Below, piece by piece: positions 12,040 to 24,428 of a DNA stretch of 64,000 nucleotides. The notes below the pieces were generated by a model. It did no database searches, had not been told where the DNA came from, and saw only the letters and a list, made by a program, of their open reading frames with translations. The translations under genes and the position numbers were made by a program. Every line of letters starts with the position of its first letter. The stretch's first letter is position 1. Source of the stretch: Pristiophorus japonicus (Eukaryota); NCBI RefSeq assembly GCF_044704955.1, contig NC_091994.1, positions 20,026,001 to 20,090,000 on the forward strand, read 5' to 3'.

Positions 12040-12438
12040 CGCTCAATCAGCTCCCTTGGGGGGCCACGTAGCCCACATGCCTGAGACAAGGCTCCCGAAA
12101 CAGATACTCTGTTCCAAGCTCCGACACGGCAAGTGAGCCCCAGGAGGGCAGGAAAAATGCTTCAAGGACACCCTGAAAGCCTCCCTGAAAAAAATGTAAC
12201 ATCCCCACCAACTCTTGGGAATCCCTGGCCCAAGACCGCTCAAAGTGGAGAAGTACTCAGGAAGGAGTGTACGACAAACCAAGCACCCCACCCACCCGTC
12301 CCTTCAACCACCACCTGTCCCACCTGTGACAGAGTCTGTAGATCCCGCATTGGACTCATCAGCCACCTTCGAACTCATGTTAGTGTGGAAGCAAGTCAAC
12401 CTCGACTCCGGGGGACTGCCTAAGAAGAAAAAGAAGAA
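12040..12438 (+). mobile_element. RTE-clade LINE 3' fragment, (AAG)n-tailed variant
   Basis: GHVAHMPETRLPKQ..., CPTCDRVCRSRIGLISHLRTH; ends ggactgcctaagaagaaaaagaag. Confidence 0.8.
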
Positions 12439-12848
12439 TTGCACTTTAAAAATATCCGCACTCCCATTATCCACACTCTCATTGGCCTCCTGAATTTTCA
12501 CGGCAGTTGGATCAGAATATCAGGTGGAATCAAGGATGCCAAAATTTAGTTTAAAAAAAAAGACGATATTCAGTTTAACATAAACAAGAGAAGTTTACGA
12601 AATTCATTCAAAGCATCTGTTGAAAAAGGTTTGGGAATTCTCGATTATCTACCAGTTTTATATTATCCAGCAGGAGTGATTCCCTCCATTATGGCAGATA
12701 ATTGAGGTTCTTTTCAAACAGTACTTTCCAAAAAAAATTTAAATCTTTGCTGCTCCCAAATTCTTGGTCTAGCACCAGACAGAGGCCCAGAGACAGGCAC
12801 CTATGACATTTAAAGACATTTCTTTTTCTGTGACATTTACAACGCTTT

Positions 12849-13035
12849 ACATAAGAACATAAGAAACAAGAGTAGGAGGAGGCCATTTGGTCCCTCGAGC
12901 CTGCTCCGCCATTCAATGAGATCATGGCTGATCAGATCTTGGCCTCGACTCCCCTGTAGTTCAAAAATCTGTCTATCTCAGCCTTGAATATATTCAATGA
13001 GTCAGCCTCTACTCTCTGAGTAGAGAATTCCACAG
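12849..13035 (-). mobile_element. CR1 LINE 3' end
   Basis: (ACATAAGA)n tail and ggccatttggtccctcgagcctgctccgccattcaatgagatcatggctgat, the reverse complement of the 35480-35559 type 3'UTR. Confidence 0.75.
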
Positions 13036-13176
13036 GTGCCTGTCCCTTTTATGCAAATAACTCTTGTCTTAGTCATTTGAGACAGGGTCAAAGCAGGAGC
13101 AAGATGGTGGCCAGTAGTCCCACCCACACCACATTTCCAGTGGCAGAGGGAGTGGGGGTCTTGAGGCATTTGTATA

Positions 13177-13823
13177 GAAAGAAAGAATTGCATTTATATA
13201 GTGCCTTTCATGACTACTGGATGTCTCAAAGTCCTTTACAATCATTGAAGTACAGTCGCTGTTGTAATGTGGGAAACAGCAGCCAATTTGCATGCAAGCA
13301 AGCTCCTACAAACAGATATTGGCCAGATAATCTGTTTTCAAGTGATGTTGATTGAGGGCTAAATATTGGCTAGGCATCATCATAGGCAGTCCCTCGGAAT
13401 CGAGGAAGACTTGCTTCCGCTCTTAACATGAGTCCTTAGGTGGCTGTACAGTCCAATACGAGAACCACAGTCCCTGTCACAGGTGGGACAGATAGTCAGT
13501 GAGGGAAGGGGTGGGGTGGGACAGGTTTGCCGCACGCACTTTCCGCTGCCTGCGCTTGATTTCTGCATGCTCTCAGCGACGAGACTCTTGGACACCGGGG
13601 ATAACTCCCCCGCTCTTCTTCAAAATAGTGCCATGGAATCTTTTACGCCCACCTGAAAGAGCAGATGGGGCCTCGGTTTAACGTCCTCTCTGAAAGACGG
13701 CATCTCCGATGGCACAGCACTTGACTGTCAGCCTAGATTTTTTGTGCTCAAATCCCTGGAGTGGGACTTGAACCCACAACCTTCTGCCTCAGAGGCAATG
13801 TGTGCTACCCACTGAGCCACAGC
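13177..13823 (-). mobile_element. DeuSINE-type SINE split by an RTE insertion
   Basis: Tail at 13177, Deu core resumes at ~13590, head ctacccactgagccacagc at ~13805-13823. Confidence 0.8.
13375..13587 (-). mobile_element. RTE-clade LINE 3' fragment nested in the SINE
   Basis: CPTCDRDCGSRIGLYSHLRTHVKSG; (ATG)n tail. Confidence 0.85.
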
Positions 13824-14832
13824 TTTTGGGGCCCAAGTTGTTCACAGAATCCAGGTTCAACTTTACACTGGAACCAGTCTTCAGTTATATCAATTAAACC
13901 ATAACTCTGACAAGGAGCAAAGAAGTCAAGGCAAAAAAATTGAATAAAATAGGTGAGGACTGAAAGCTCAGATCTGGAGTTAAAGGGACAGCTGAGAAAC
14001 GTCACCACATTTCTGTTAATTAAATGAAAGTTACCAACAAACGTGAGGTATTAAGCTGATTTTATCAATTAGATTAACAAACTCTTCAACAGGAATAATA
14101 TGTTGCCCCATACTTTACCGTTATGTAAAGGTACAAGTACCGCAAAATCTGTGAAGGAAAAATACAGTGAGTCAAAATGTTTCAGTGAGCATATTTCAAT
14201 TCTGGTTTCATATCATATAAATCCACCAGTATAGGTCACACATGAAATATATGGGGGAGGATGTAAAATACTAATCATGTAAAAATGCCACCAAAGTCCT
14301 ACAAAGAACATGCAACCTATACTACCGTGTGACTTATTGATTTACTAACAGTGTGTGATCATGCAGAGAAGGCTTACGTCTAACTCTATCCTTACGGGAC
14401 TCATCGGGATTTCCTGTTTAATGCGTTGGTGCAGAATGATGGACACAGTTGGGACTAGTATTGTGGCTCAGTTCAGGGTTCATTATTTAGAACAAGGTGA
14501 CTTAGACTTTTGAACTGGAAAAACAGCCAAGACGTATGTATCCTTTTAATGGCCACACCTTTCCAAGAACAGCTCTCTCAGTCAAATGCCACGTAACAAC
14601 TGATCAGGGCCGTGGGACTGACCAGTCAAAATATAAACGGGGCAAACTGGGATGTCTGGTCACCCGAATTTAGAAGATAAGTCACACACACATGCACAAA
14701 AAACACAGAGATGGTGAACCAACACCCTCCCTCTGCCAGTTTCTGTGAGGAACTAGGGTGGAAAATGAGACACGATGAGCTCTGCTGCATCCCCACCCAC
14801 GAAGTGATGGGTGACATTTTTAGACGTCTGCC

Positions 14833-15624
14833 CATCATCATCATCATAGGCAGTCCCTTGGAATCGAGGAAGACTTGCTTCCAATCTAAAAATGAGTTCT
14901 TGGGTGGCTGAACAGTCCAATATGAGAGCCACAGACTCTGTCACAGGTGGGACAGATAGTCGTTGAGGGAAAGGGTGGGTGGGACTGGTTTTCCACACAC
15001 TCATTCCGCTGCCTGCGCTTGATTTCTGCATGCTCTCGGCGATGAGACTCGAAGTGCTCAGCGCCCTCCGGGATGCACTTCCTCCACTTAGGGCGGTCTT
15101 TGGCCAGAGACTCCCAGGTGTCAGTGAGGATGTTGCACTTTTTCAGAGAGGCTTTGAGGGTGTCCTTGTAACGTTTCCTCTGCCCACTTTTGGCTTGTTT
15201 GCCATGAAGGAGTTCTGAGTAGAGCGCTTGCTTTGGAAGTCTCGTGTCTGGCATGCGAACAATGTGGCCTGCCCAGCAGAGCTGATCAAGTATGGTCAGT
15301 GCTTCAATGCTGGGGATGTTGGCCTGGTCGAGGACATTAACATTGGTATGTCAGTCCTCCCAGGGGATTTGTAGGATCTTGCGGAGATATTGTTGGTGGT
15401 ATTTCTCCAGCGACTTGAGGTGTCTACTGTACATGGTCCATGTCTCTGAGCCGTATAGGAGGGCGGGTATTACTACAGCCCTGTAGACCATGAGTTTGGT
15501 AGCAGATTTGAGGGCCTGGTCTTCAAACACTCTTTTCCTCAGGCGGCCGAAGGCTGCACTGGCGCACTGGAGACAGTGTTGAATCTCGTCGTCAATGTCT
15601 GCTCTTGTTGATATGAGGCTCCCA
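14833..15624 (-). mobile_element. RTE-clade LINE 3' fragment
   Basis: ADIDDEIQHCLQCASAAFGRLRKRVFEDQ..LLYGSETW..; C-terminal finger; (ATG)n tail. Confidence 0.9.
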
Positions 15625-17914
15625 ATATCGACAGAAATGACAGAAATGCATCCACCAACATCGTTTTTGCGATTTGATCCAGAGCAATGCCCGTTCATCC
15701 CCGGCACCCAGTGTCGCGACAGCAGTGGAAGGTCTAATCTAGCTTTGTACCACTTGAAAACTTGTGCAGTTGATCACCGAAAGATGGCCCAGTTTTACCA
15801 TCGATTTGAAAGAGGGGTAATACTATTTTTTGTTTTTAATCTTTATCTGTCACAGTTCATCACAGGTTCTTGCAAAAAAAAGTCAGTCATTGCATGCTGG
15901 GTTCTTCTTACCTGGAGTCTGAAATTTACAAGCATACATTTGTCCTTTAATTAACTTCAGGGGTTTACAGGCAGCTACAATTGCCTGGACTTATCTATTT
16001 AGATCTTGTCACTGCATGGACATACTTGAGCATTGGCCTTAAAGGGAAAACAGCATTAGCAACTAAACATCACCACTGTGCTCCGCACACCAGATTATTC
16101 ATGAGCCATGTCACAGGAGATTGGCTAATATTAATAAAAGAACATTTTCTGCAATGATTACACTGTTTTTTTTTGGGGGGACCTGACACAGTCCTTCAGA
16201 CGTTGGGACAGAGTTCCTCAATGGTGTGTCAATATTAGCTAGGGCTGCCTCCATAGCATGTCAATATTTGTAAGGATAGCCAAGAGTATGTCAATATTTG
16301 CAGGAGGTCCCTACTCAGAAAAGTTTGTAAACCACTGTTCTAACCAGCTGGTGAATAGTAATGTCCGATCTGACTCATTCGGTAAGTTTGGGCATAACTG
16401 ATCAGAAAAATGGAGTGAGATCTGTTGTGTCAAACCACCTCCATTTAGCACCCCATTCAGATGCCTCATCAGGGTTGCACTGGCGCCTGAAGGACCTATC
16501 AGTTTGCGATTGATATTGAAATCAGGCAGCAATTTCCAATTTTGAGTACTGACGATGGGTCCAGACCTAAAATGTCACCACCACCTTCTCAGGGGCAAGT
16601 AGGGATGGGCAATAAATAATGGCCTTGCCAGCGACACCCATCCAGTGAACGAATAAAAAAAAATCGGGGCCAAATTCCGTAGTTACGACCCTGCCGCCAT
16701 TTTCATCTCTGCCCGCTGGATTACCGCCAGATCCTACTCCCGCCCACCAAACATGGGCCGTAGAAGTCATGGCCCATTATGAGCATCCATTAAAAAGTGA
16801 TCCTTTGCTGCGGTTAGGTATATTATATTATTTTATATTTATATTTAACCTCCTTGCTGCTTTAAATGCTGCAAAAATACTGCCTGCTGCTCAAAACTAG
16901 TGGTTTCTCTCACTCCCAATATTTCCACCCGTCCCTTTTAAAATGCTGCTGTCTGTAGGCCCTTTAAAATCAGCTGCCCCCATTCGTTTTCCGACCTGCA
17001 GATCAGCGAGCTGCCTTTCACTTTGGCAGCTCACGGTACTGAGGCCCAATCACAAAAAAAAAAGGTCTACGTTGGAATCGAAAATCATCCCCCTTGTCTC
17101 AATATTTGTTTGTGACATTTCAAGCCATTTCAGATCTGCATGTTTAATGATGTGAGCTGTATCCCCGTCCTTCTAAATTGACACTAAAATATGTGAAGCT
17201 CCCAAATCATTAGTGAGAACTGCATAACCTGCTAGCTGCTTGCTACAGTCGATGTTTTATGACGTGGCATGTAGCACATTTGTGAGGTATTTGCTTCTGC
17301 ATAGATACGCTGGAATTCACCGTGGCTCTGATCCTTGAGGTTTGCAGTCGGTAATCAGAAATGTAGCTGAGAATGTCTGGTGTGAAGGGGGTTGTCTGGC
17401 AAAGAGCTGCATGACAGCTGCTACACAAACATTTGTCAGTTTTGGTTTTTAATTGCAAAATGTACTAATTGGCAAGGAAAGAAATTAGCGCAAGATTATC
17501 AAAAAAAGTAGCCCATTACGTAGAGGCAGAAGGGAGAAGTGAGTAAGTACTATTGGTTCCACTTCTGTTTTAGTCACATTTCTGTCTGAATCGAGCAAAT
17601 ATCCTTCTCTTGTCCCAAAGCATTCAATTAACCTCTTCTACCATTGTTAATCTTCTTTTATTCATTCGCTCACAAGGCCAGCATTTATTGCCCATCCCTA
17701 GTTGCCCTTGAGAAGGTGGTGGAAGGGCTTTGTCATGAACTGCTGCAGTCCATGTGGTGAAGGTGCTCCCCTGGTGCTGTTAGGTAGGGCGTTCCAGGAT
17801 TTGGAACCATCAACGCTGAAGGATCGGTGTTATATGTTCAAGTCAGGATGGTGCGCGACATGGAAGGGGATTTGGAGCTGTTTATATTTGTATCCAGAGG
17901 GTCTCCTCATTACA

Positions 17915-18168
17915 AGACTCAGGCTTAGAGCCCCCTAATTTTCAGCTGCCTGGGCCCTAAGCTCTGGAACTCCCTCCCCAAACCTCTTTGCCTCTCTACC
18001 TCTCTTTCCTCCTTTAAGACGCCCCTTCAAACCCACCTCTTTGACCAAGCTTTTGATCTCCTTATGTGGCTCGGTGTCAATTTTTTCTTTAAATCATATA
18101 ATTTTCCCGTGAAGCACCTTGGGGGGTTTCACTACGTTAAAGGCACTATATAAATACACATTGTTGTA
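17915..18168 (+). mobile_element. L2-like LINE 3' end
   Basis: ctctggaactccctcccc...ctctttgaccaagctttt...aaggcactatataaatac; a second copy lies at 52092-52395 (-). Confidence 0.6.
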
Positions 18169-18530
18169 GATGGTTCAGCTGGTTAAGCCAATCGATTTCA
18201 ACTGGGATGCTGGTAAAAGCAATATAATTGGTTACTCAGCACCTGTGGGCTAGGGAAGGTTCCCATTCTTATTCCCTGTCCAGCAACCCATAATAGCAGA
18301 GTATACATAATGGATGTCAGGTCAGGTCAAAACTGGCTCAGCTCTGATGCCTGTGATTATCAAACACCTTCTGACACTCACCTGGGCTTGCACATTACAA
18401 TTAGCCACATGGGCAAGTACTGAAGGGTGCCGACATCCTTGGAACCATATTCTCACAAGGTATCTAAACCTTTGGAGGGGGAACTGGCAGAAAAAGGGAG
18501 CAAAATAAGACTTAAATCTGGTAACTCACA

Positions 18531-18734
18531 ATGGCTCAGTGGGTAATACGCCATGTTATCAGCTACTAAGCCTAACAGAGCAGCAGGTTCGAGTTTTGAT
18601 TCCTGGTCTGTGCTGATCTATCATCCCGCAGCTGACATTCACTGTCTGAGCTCATACATGAAACCTGGTCACTTGGGCAACCAGCTGAACCGTTCCCCAG
18701 CAGCAGTCAGTGCCTTTGTAGACTAGGAGCAACC
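18531..18734 (+). repeat. 204-bp direct duplication, copy 1 (old tRNA-headed SINE remnant)
   Basis: Identical to 21979-22182 except for 4 substitutions. Confidence 0.92.
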
Positions 18735-18907
18735 ATTATCATAGGCAGTCCCTCGGAATCGAGAAAGACTTGCTTCCACTCTTAACATGAGTCCTTAGGT
18801 GGCTGAACAGTCCAATACAAGAACCACAGTCTCTGTCACAGGTGGGACAGATAGTCGTTTGAGGAAAAGGGTGGGTGGGACAGGTTTGTCGCACGTTCCT
18901 TTCGCTG
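18735..18907 (-). mobile_element. RTE-clade LINE 3' fragment
   Basis: CPTCDRDCGSCIGLFSHLRTHVKSG and tail. Confidence 0.85.
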
Positions 18908-19177
18908 AACACACCCTGATCAGGCAACAAGTCTGCCAGCATCTAAAAGAACAGATGAAGGTTTGGGGTAAGGATCCTTCATCAGCACTTTGGTTCTACA
19001 TGGGTGAGGCACTGGAAGAGTGTCAGCACCCATGGAACCCTACCCCAGCGTGAATCAGCAGCCTCTCACCTCGGAGTTAGAAGATCATGGGTTCAAGCCG
19101 CACTCCAGTGCAGCACTGAGGGAGTGCTGCGCTTCCAGAGGCCAAGCAGTTCAATGCAAGAGAGCAGAAGAAACATT

Positions 19178-21965
19178 GGGCTAGACTTTCCACTAGGTGG
19201 CTAACGCCCCAAAAAATGGGCCATGTTCCAGCGATGTGGGACGTCTCACCCGTGCTAATCGCCGGCACGAGGCCCATTTTTTTTTTTGCGATTTTCCACT
19301 CGACCTTACCCCGGCGATGTCAAATGAGCGAGCTGATTTTTCAGCGATCTCACGATTGCCCAAAGTAAGCGGAAGTCAAACGGAAGTCATAGAAAAAAAA
19401 AGCTTCCCTAGCAACGCTATTGTGCATATGTGTGGGATTTTTCTTTTGTTGATTTTTTTTGCCGTGTTTGGAGAGGTCATAGGTCATCGGACATGCTCAG
19501 AGGCACAGGGAGGGTCAGAGAGCGCAGGAGAAAGAGAAGGAGAGAGGACTGTTCATTTGCTCTGTGAAATATTTGACTTATCTAGAATCTAGTATCTAGC
19601 ATCTAGTATATAGTATATAGTATCTTAAAGTATCTTAAAGCAATGTCGATGCAGCTAGAATAGGAAAGGGAGAGTGCAAGGAGAAGGGCCAAAGCCTTTA
19701 GCGAGGAGGCCAACGAGGCCCTTGTAAATGTAGTGATTAATAGGTGGGAGGACTTGACACGGAGTGGACATGGGAAACCTCCAACCTGAACATATCACAG
19801 ACGATGGGTGGAGATTGCCGATGTTGTGACATCTGCATCTAATGAGGTGCGGACTGCTGACCAGTGCCACAAGAGATGGAACAACCTGCTGGCAGCAGCC
19901 AGAGTAAGTTGCATTTTATATTCTATATTTAAAACATATTTAAAAGTCATATTTAAAATCATACATATGTATTATTTACTTGATGTTTATAAATTGGAAT
20001 TAGAATCTTCAAAGTCATTTATTTATAATATAAAATAATTAAATTATAAATAAATGTATTCACCCTAACACTAAGTTGAATCTTATAGTATTAAACATTA
20101 GTCATATGCCCTGCAATGTTAAGTAACAATTGAACATTTAAATCTGTCAGTCTTAAATGTTTATTGTCAAGTCCAGTAGCTTATGCCGTGCAATGTTATC
20201 TTATCATTTACAGAAAAAGATAACTATCAACCGTGCGGAGCAAAAGAGGGCAGGTGGCAGCTCCGCAATATCCACGTGCTAACACAATACGAGGAGCTTG
20301 CGGTGGCGTTGGTGGGGCCTGAAAGCCGCTCAGTCATGACCTGTGGTGTGGCCGAGCCCACCCTTCAGTCTCGTGAGTAATGGGAACTGTGCAATGTGTC
20401 AAACATTACTAAATAGATACTAAACCTATCGTAATTACGCATGTAATGTTATGCAATTATAATTCAATAATTTTGATGTACTCTTGATCTACAAATGAGG
20501 TCATGTTACTCCTGGTGAACCCTTGTGCATATGGGGTTTTGAAAAGTATTGCAATGTTTTGGGTTATTGAAATATTGATATTGATATTGAAATATTGATA
20601 TATATTGATATGTATTGTTATAAATTGTTTAGAAATTTCATTCATCTTTCTAAGGTCAAGTGTCCATTGAGCCAGGTGATTTAGAGGAGACATCTGCAAA
20701 TATCGACCCCTCCAACAGTTCACAGGAGGAAGAGACGGAGGAGGAGAATGTTAACACTCAATCCATAACTCAATTTGAGCCGGAGCAAGAGGAGGAGGAG
20801 GATGAGATTGTTTTTGTGGGGGTAAACAACCTGCAGCTATCTCAATTGAGATGGAAGAGGCACCGGGACCATGCGGTGTGCAGGTGGCGACGCCAAGGCG
20901 CATAATTTTTCAAACACCGACCCCACGGAGGTCTGGTCAGCGGGGTGAGCAATCACCTATCATGGACAGCCAGACTGAGAGCTTATTATCTCTGTGCAGG
21001 GAGATGGTTGCGATCGGTTGCGACCTTATCCAAGGTTTCGCGGGATTCTCTGCCAACTGGAGCCAGTTCTCCACGAACTGGAGCCAGTTTCCAGCAACCT
21101 GGAGCGAGTTCTGCATGAACTTCTTCAACTGGTTTTCCGAGCAAGCACAGACTGCAAGGGAGGCGTTGGAGGCCATTCGGCAGCAGACAGGGTTCAACCA
21201 ATGCCCTACGTCATGTGTTGCTGGCCGGACACGGCGCTGCACCCCAAGGTGTCGTGTCTGCTCGTAGCGAGACCCTGAGCACGCAAGTGAGTACGGAGGA
21301 CACAATTCCTCCTGACTCCAAAGTGGAGCTTCAGGCTTCCGCTTCCGCTCTATCACCTCCACCACGGCAGGAAGTCTTGCCGTCCCACTCTGCACAACAT
21401 CTTGGTGTTGGTCTGCGTAGACCAAAACGGGTGGATGGGATACGAACACGGGGTGGGACTGGACCTGGATGGAAACGTGGCCGCAGGTAGGGAGGGGAGA
21501 GTGCTTCCAAAAGTTTATTCGTTCAGTGTTCACTTGTTCAATTGATCTTGTTTTGTTAATTGTTAATTGTTAAGATTTTGCGTATTTGAGGGAAGGGTGG
21601 CTTGGTGCGGGGATGGGGGGCTGGAGGGATAGTTTATTACAGTTTTTTAAAATATTTAAATATTTGTGTGCGTCTTCTCTCTTAGTTACATTAGTTATCA
21701 TCTGTACAGTTGTTAATCCATATTTGTTTATTCTTTTATTATACAAGTACTTTACTTACACTAAACTTTATATTTAAAATAAGCATAAATTCTGATGATA
21801 GGCCAGTGCAGACAAGACAACAAGGAAACTCCACGCAATTGAAATTTTTGATTAACCCTAACTGTAAATCAACATCTGAATGTCCACATTTAGCGAGCGG
21901 AACCCCTTTCTGTTACGAAAGACCTCCGCTTTCTTTAAGGGTGCTTTGAGAGCAATGTGCGTACC
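19178..21965 (+). mobile_element. PIF/Harbinger transposon, left part (right TIR not found)
   Basis: Left end GGGCTAGACTTTCCACT resembles the GGGC-type TIRs in the window; carries a spliced Myb/SANT-like gene. Confidence 0.65.
19643..21490 (+). pseudogene. Harbinger Myb/SANT-like (trihelix, NAIF1-type) DNA-binding protein pseudogene, 3 exons (19643-19903, 20214-20372, 20655-21490)
   Basis: RRRAKAFSEEANEALVNVVINRWEDL...RWVEIADVVTSASNEVRTADQCHKRWNNL, then KKITINRAEQKRAGG..LTQYEE, then an acidic tract; GT-AG introns; in-frame stops and frameshifts. Confidence 0.75.
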
Positions 21966-21978
21966 TTGGTAGCTCCCT

Positions 21979-22182
21979 ATGGCTCAGTGGGTAATACGCC
22001 ATGTTATCAGCTGCTAAGCCTAACAGAGCAGCAGGTTCGAGTTTTGATTCCTGGTCTGTGCTGATCTATCATCCCGCAGCTGACATTCACTGTCTGAGCT
22101 CATGCATGAAGCATGGTCACTTGGGCAACCAGCTGAACCGTTCCCCAGCAGCAGTCAGTGCCTTTGTAGACTAGGAGCAACC
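21979..22182 (+). repeat. 204-bp direct duplication, copy 2
   Basis: Identical to 18531-18734 except for 4 substitutions. Confidence 0.92.
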
Positions 22183-22668
22183 ATCATCATAGGCAGTCCC
22201 TCGGAATCGAGGAAGACTTGCTTCCACTCTAAAAATTAGTCCTTAGGTGGCTGAACAGTCCAATACGAGAACCACAGTCTCTGTCACAGGTGGGACAGAC
22301 AGTTGTTGAGGGAAGGGGTGGGTGGGGCTGGTTTTCAGCACGCTCTTTCTGCTGTCTGCGCTTGATTTCTGCATACTCTCGGCGATGAGACTCGAGGTGC
22401 TCAGCACCCTCCCGGATGCACTTCCTCCACTTAGGGCGATTTTTGGCTAGTGGGGATGTTGCACTTTATCAGGGAGGCTTTGAGGGTGTCCTTGTAACGT
22501 TTCCTCTGCCCACCTTTGGCTCGTTTGCCATGAAGGAGTTCCGAGTAGAGCGTTTGCTTTGGAGGCTCGTGTCTGGCATGCGAACAATGTGGCCTGCCCA
22601 GCGGAGCTGATCAAGTGTGGTCAGTGCTTCAATGCTGGGGATGTTGGCCTGGTCGAGGAGGCTAACAT
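22181..22668 (-). mobile_element. RTE-clade LINE 3' fragment
   Basis: LLDQANIPSIEALTTLDQLRWAGHIVRMPD; tail; possible TSD GGAGCAA at 22174-22180 and 22669-22675. Confidence 0.85.
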
Positions 22669-23311
22669 GGAGCAATGACGACCAACCTTATACCATTTAA
22701 ACTGCTGTGGATCATGGTGGGTGCACCATCACCCTACAGGTATGTCTGGTTCCTAGAAATCACACATACTCATTCATATTGCATAAACATGAGTATTATT
22801 TTGATATGCCCATTGAATTACAGAGAAATTGCAACACGGAAACAAACCATTTGGCACACCCAGTCCACGTTGGTGTTTATCCTTCACCAGAGATTAACTC
22901 CATGTGCTACTCTGTTCCTATTATTTCCCTTTTCCTTCATCCACCTATCTAACCTATTTTTAAATGTTGACATGATTTGTGTTTCAATCACTAACTCCAG
23001 TAATGCATTCCACAGCCTCACACACTATGTAAAATAGTTTCTCCTGCTCTCTGTCCTAAAGCTCTAAAGTTAATTCTTATATTTATTTCCCCTGGTTCTT
23101 AAAGCCCTCAATCACTTCAAATAATTTGCTCTGTCCCATGCCGTCATCATTTTAAACACCTCTATCAAATCACTCCTTAATCTCCTTTGTTCTAATAAAA
23201 ATAACCACAATTTTTTCAAGTCTTTCGTTGTATTTTTTGTTAACAAGGCAGCATCTTAGTGAATCGCTGCAAAATCTTTCCTGTCGTGTGGAGCCCAAAA
23301 CTACACACAAT

Positions 23312-24266
23312 GGGCTCAAGTTTCGGCTCGAGTTGCTCCTATTTTTTTGGATGGTTTAGTATGGAGTATCTTAGAAATTGCAATTCTTGGCATTTAGTTT
23401 GCTCCAATTCTAGTGAGTTAGAATAGTTTTGTTTTAGAACTGTTTTTTTTTCAAAAGGGGGCGTTACCAGCCACTTATGCCTGTTTTGCAAGTTTAGGCA
23501 GCAAAAACTTACTCCAAACTAACTTAGAATGGAGTAAGTGTAGATTTTTGTACGCTCAGAAAAACCTTGCATACGTTTTAGGAATTAGGCGCAGATAGCG
23601 AGTGATGGGGGGGGGAAGGGAAGTTAGGAGATTTTACAAAGCATTAAACAGTTCACTTTTACCAATAAAGAGCCGTCATCAATAATAAATGATAAATAAA
23701 TCAATAAATCAACCAATAAATCAATCAAAAAAAAAAAAAAAATAATAATAAATCAATCAATAAATAAAAAATGAAAAGATTCTACTCACCTACTACAGCA
23801 CCGGGAGCCCTCCAACAGCCTGCTGAAGAGCCCTTGGGCGGGGCCCGCCCCAGAGGAGATGCCGGTCGGACGGGCCCTGCCACCGACGAGGAGTTCGGGC
23901 GGGGCCCGCCTCCAGGAGATGCTGGGCGGGCCCGCCGCGGAAGAGGTAAGGGCAGTCAGGCCACTCGGCCCGGGATAGGGGCGACGTCCCTTCGGCCAGG
24001 GATAGGGTCATCGCCCGGAGATAGGGCGCGCTGGGAGGGCCCGGAGCTACTGCGCACACGCGCAGCCTCCACTGCGCACTCGCGCAGCTGCCGGCACTCT
24101 TTTTGGTGCAGGGCTGTAGCTCCGCCCCCAGCAGCTCCTGAGTTGGAAACGGGCCGACATCTATCAGAGAATCGCGAGGTAAGCATTCGGCGCAATTTCT
24201 GTTCCAAAAATTAGGCGGGCCTCTCCAATGTGCGCCGTTCTAGCGGGGGATCCGAAATTTGAGCCC
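23312..24266. mobile_element. Non-autonomous PIF/Harbinger element (MITE family B)
   Basis: TIRs GGGCTCAAGTTTCGG and CCGAAATTTGAGCCC (14/15); 3-bp TSD AAT (23309-23311, 24267-24269). Confidence 0.85.
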
Positions 24267-24428
24267 AATACGCTGACTGTGGGCTTACTAAAGTTTTATA
24301 CTGATTCTCCATTACATTTGAACTTTTGTATTCTACAACTCTTGCAATAAAGTCCAGTATTCTATTAGCTTCTTCATGGCCTTATCCAGTTGAGGTGCTA
24401 CTTTTAAAAGTCTCGTGAACCTGAATGC

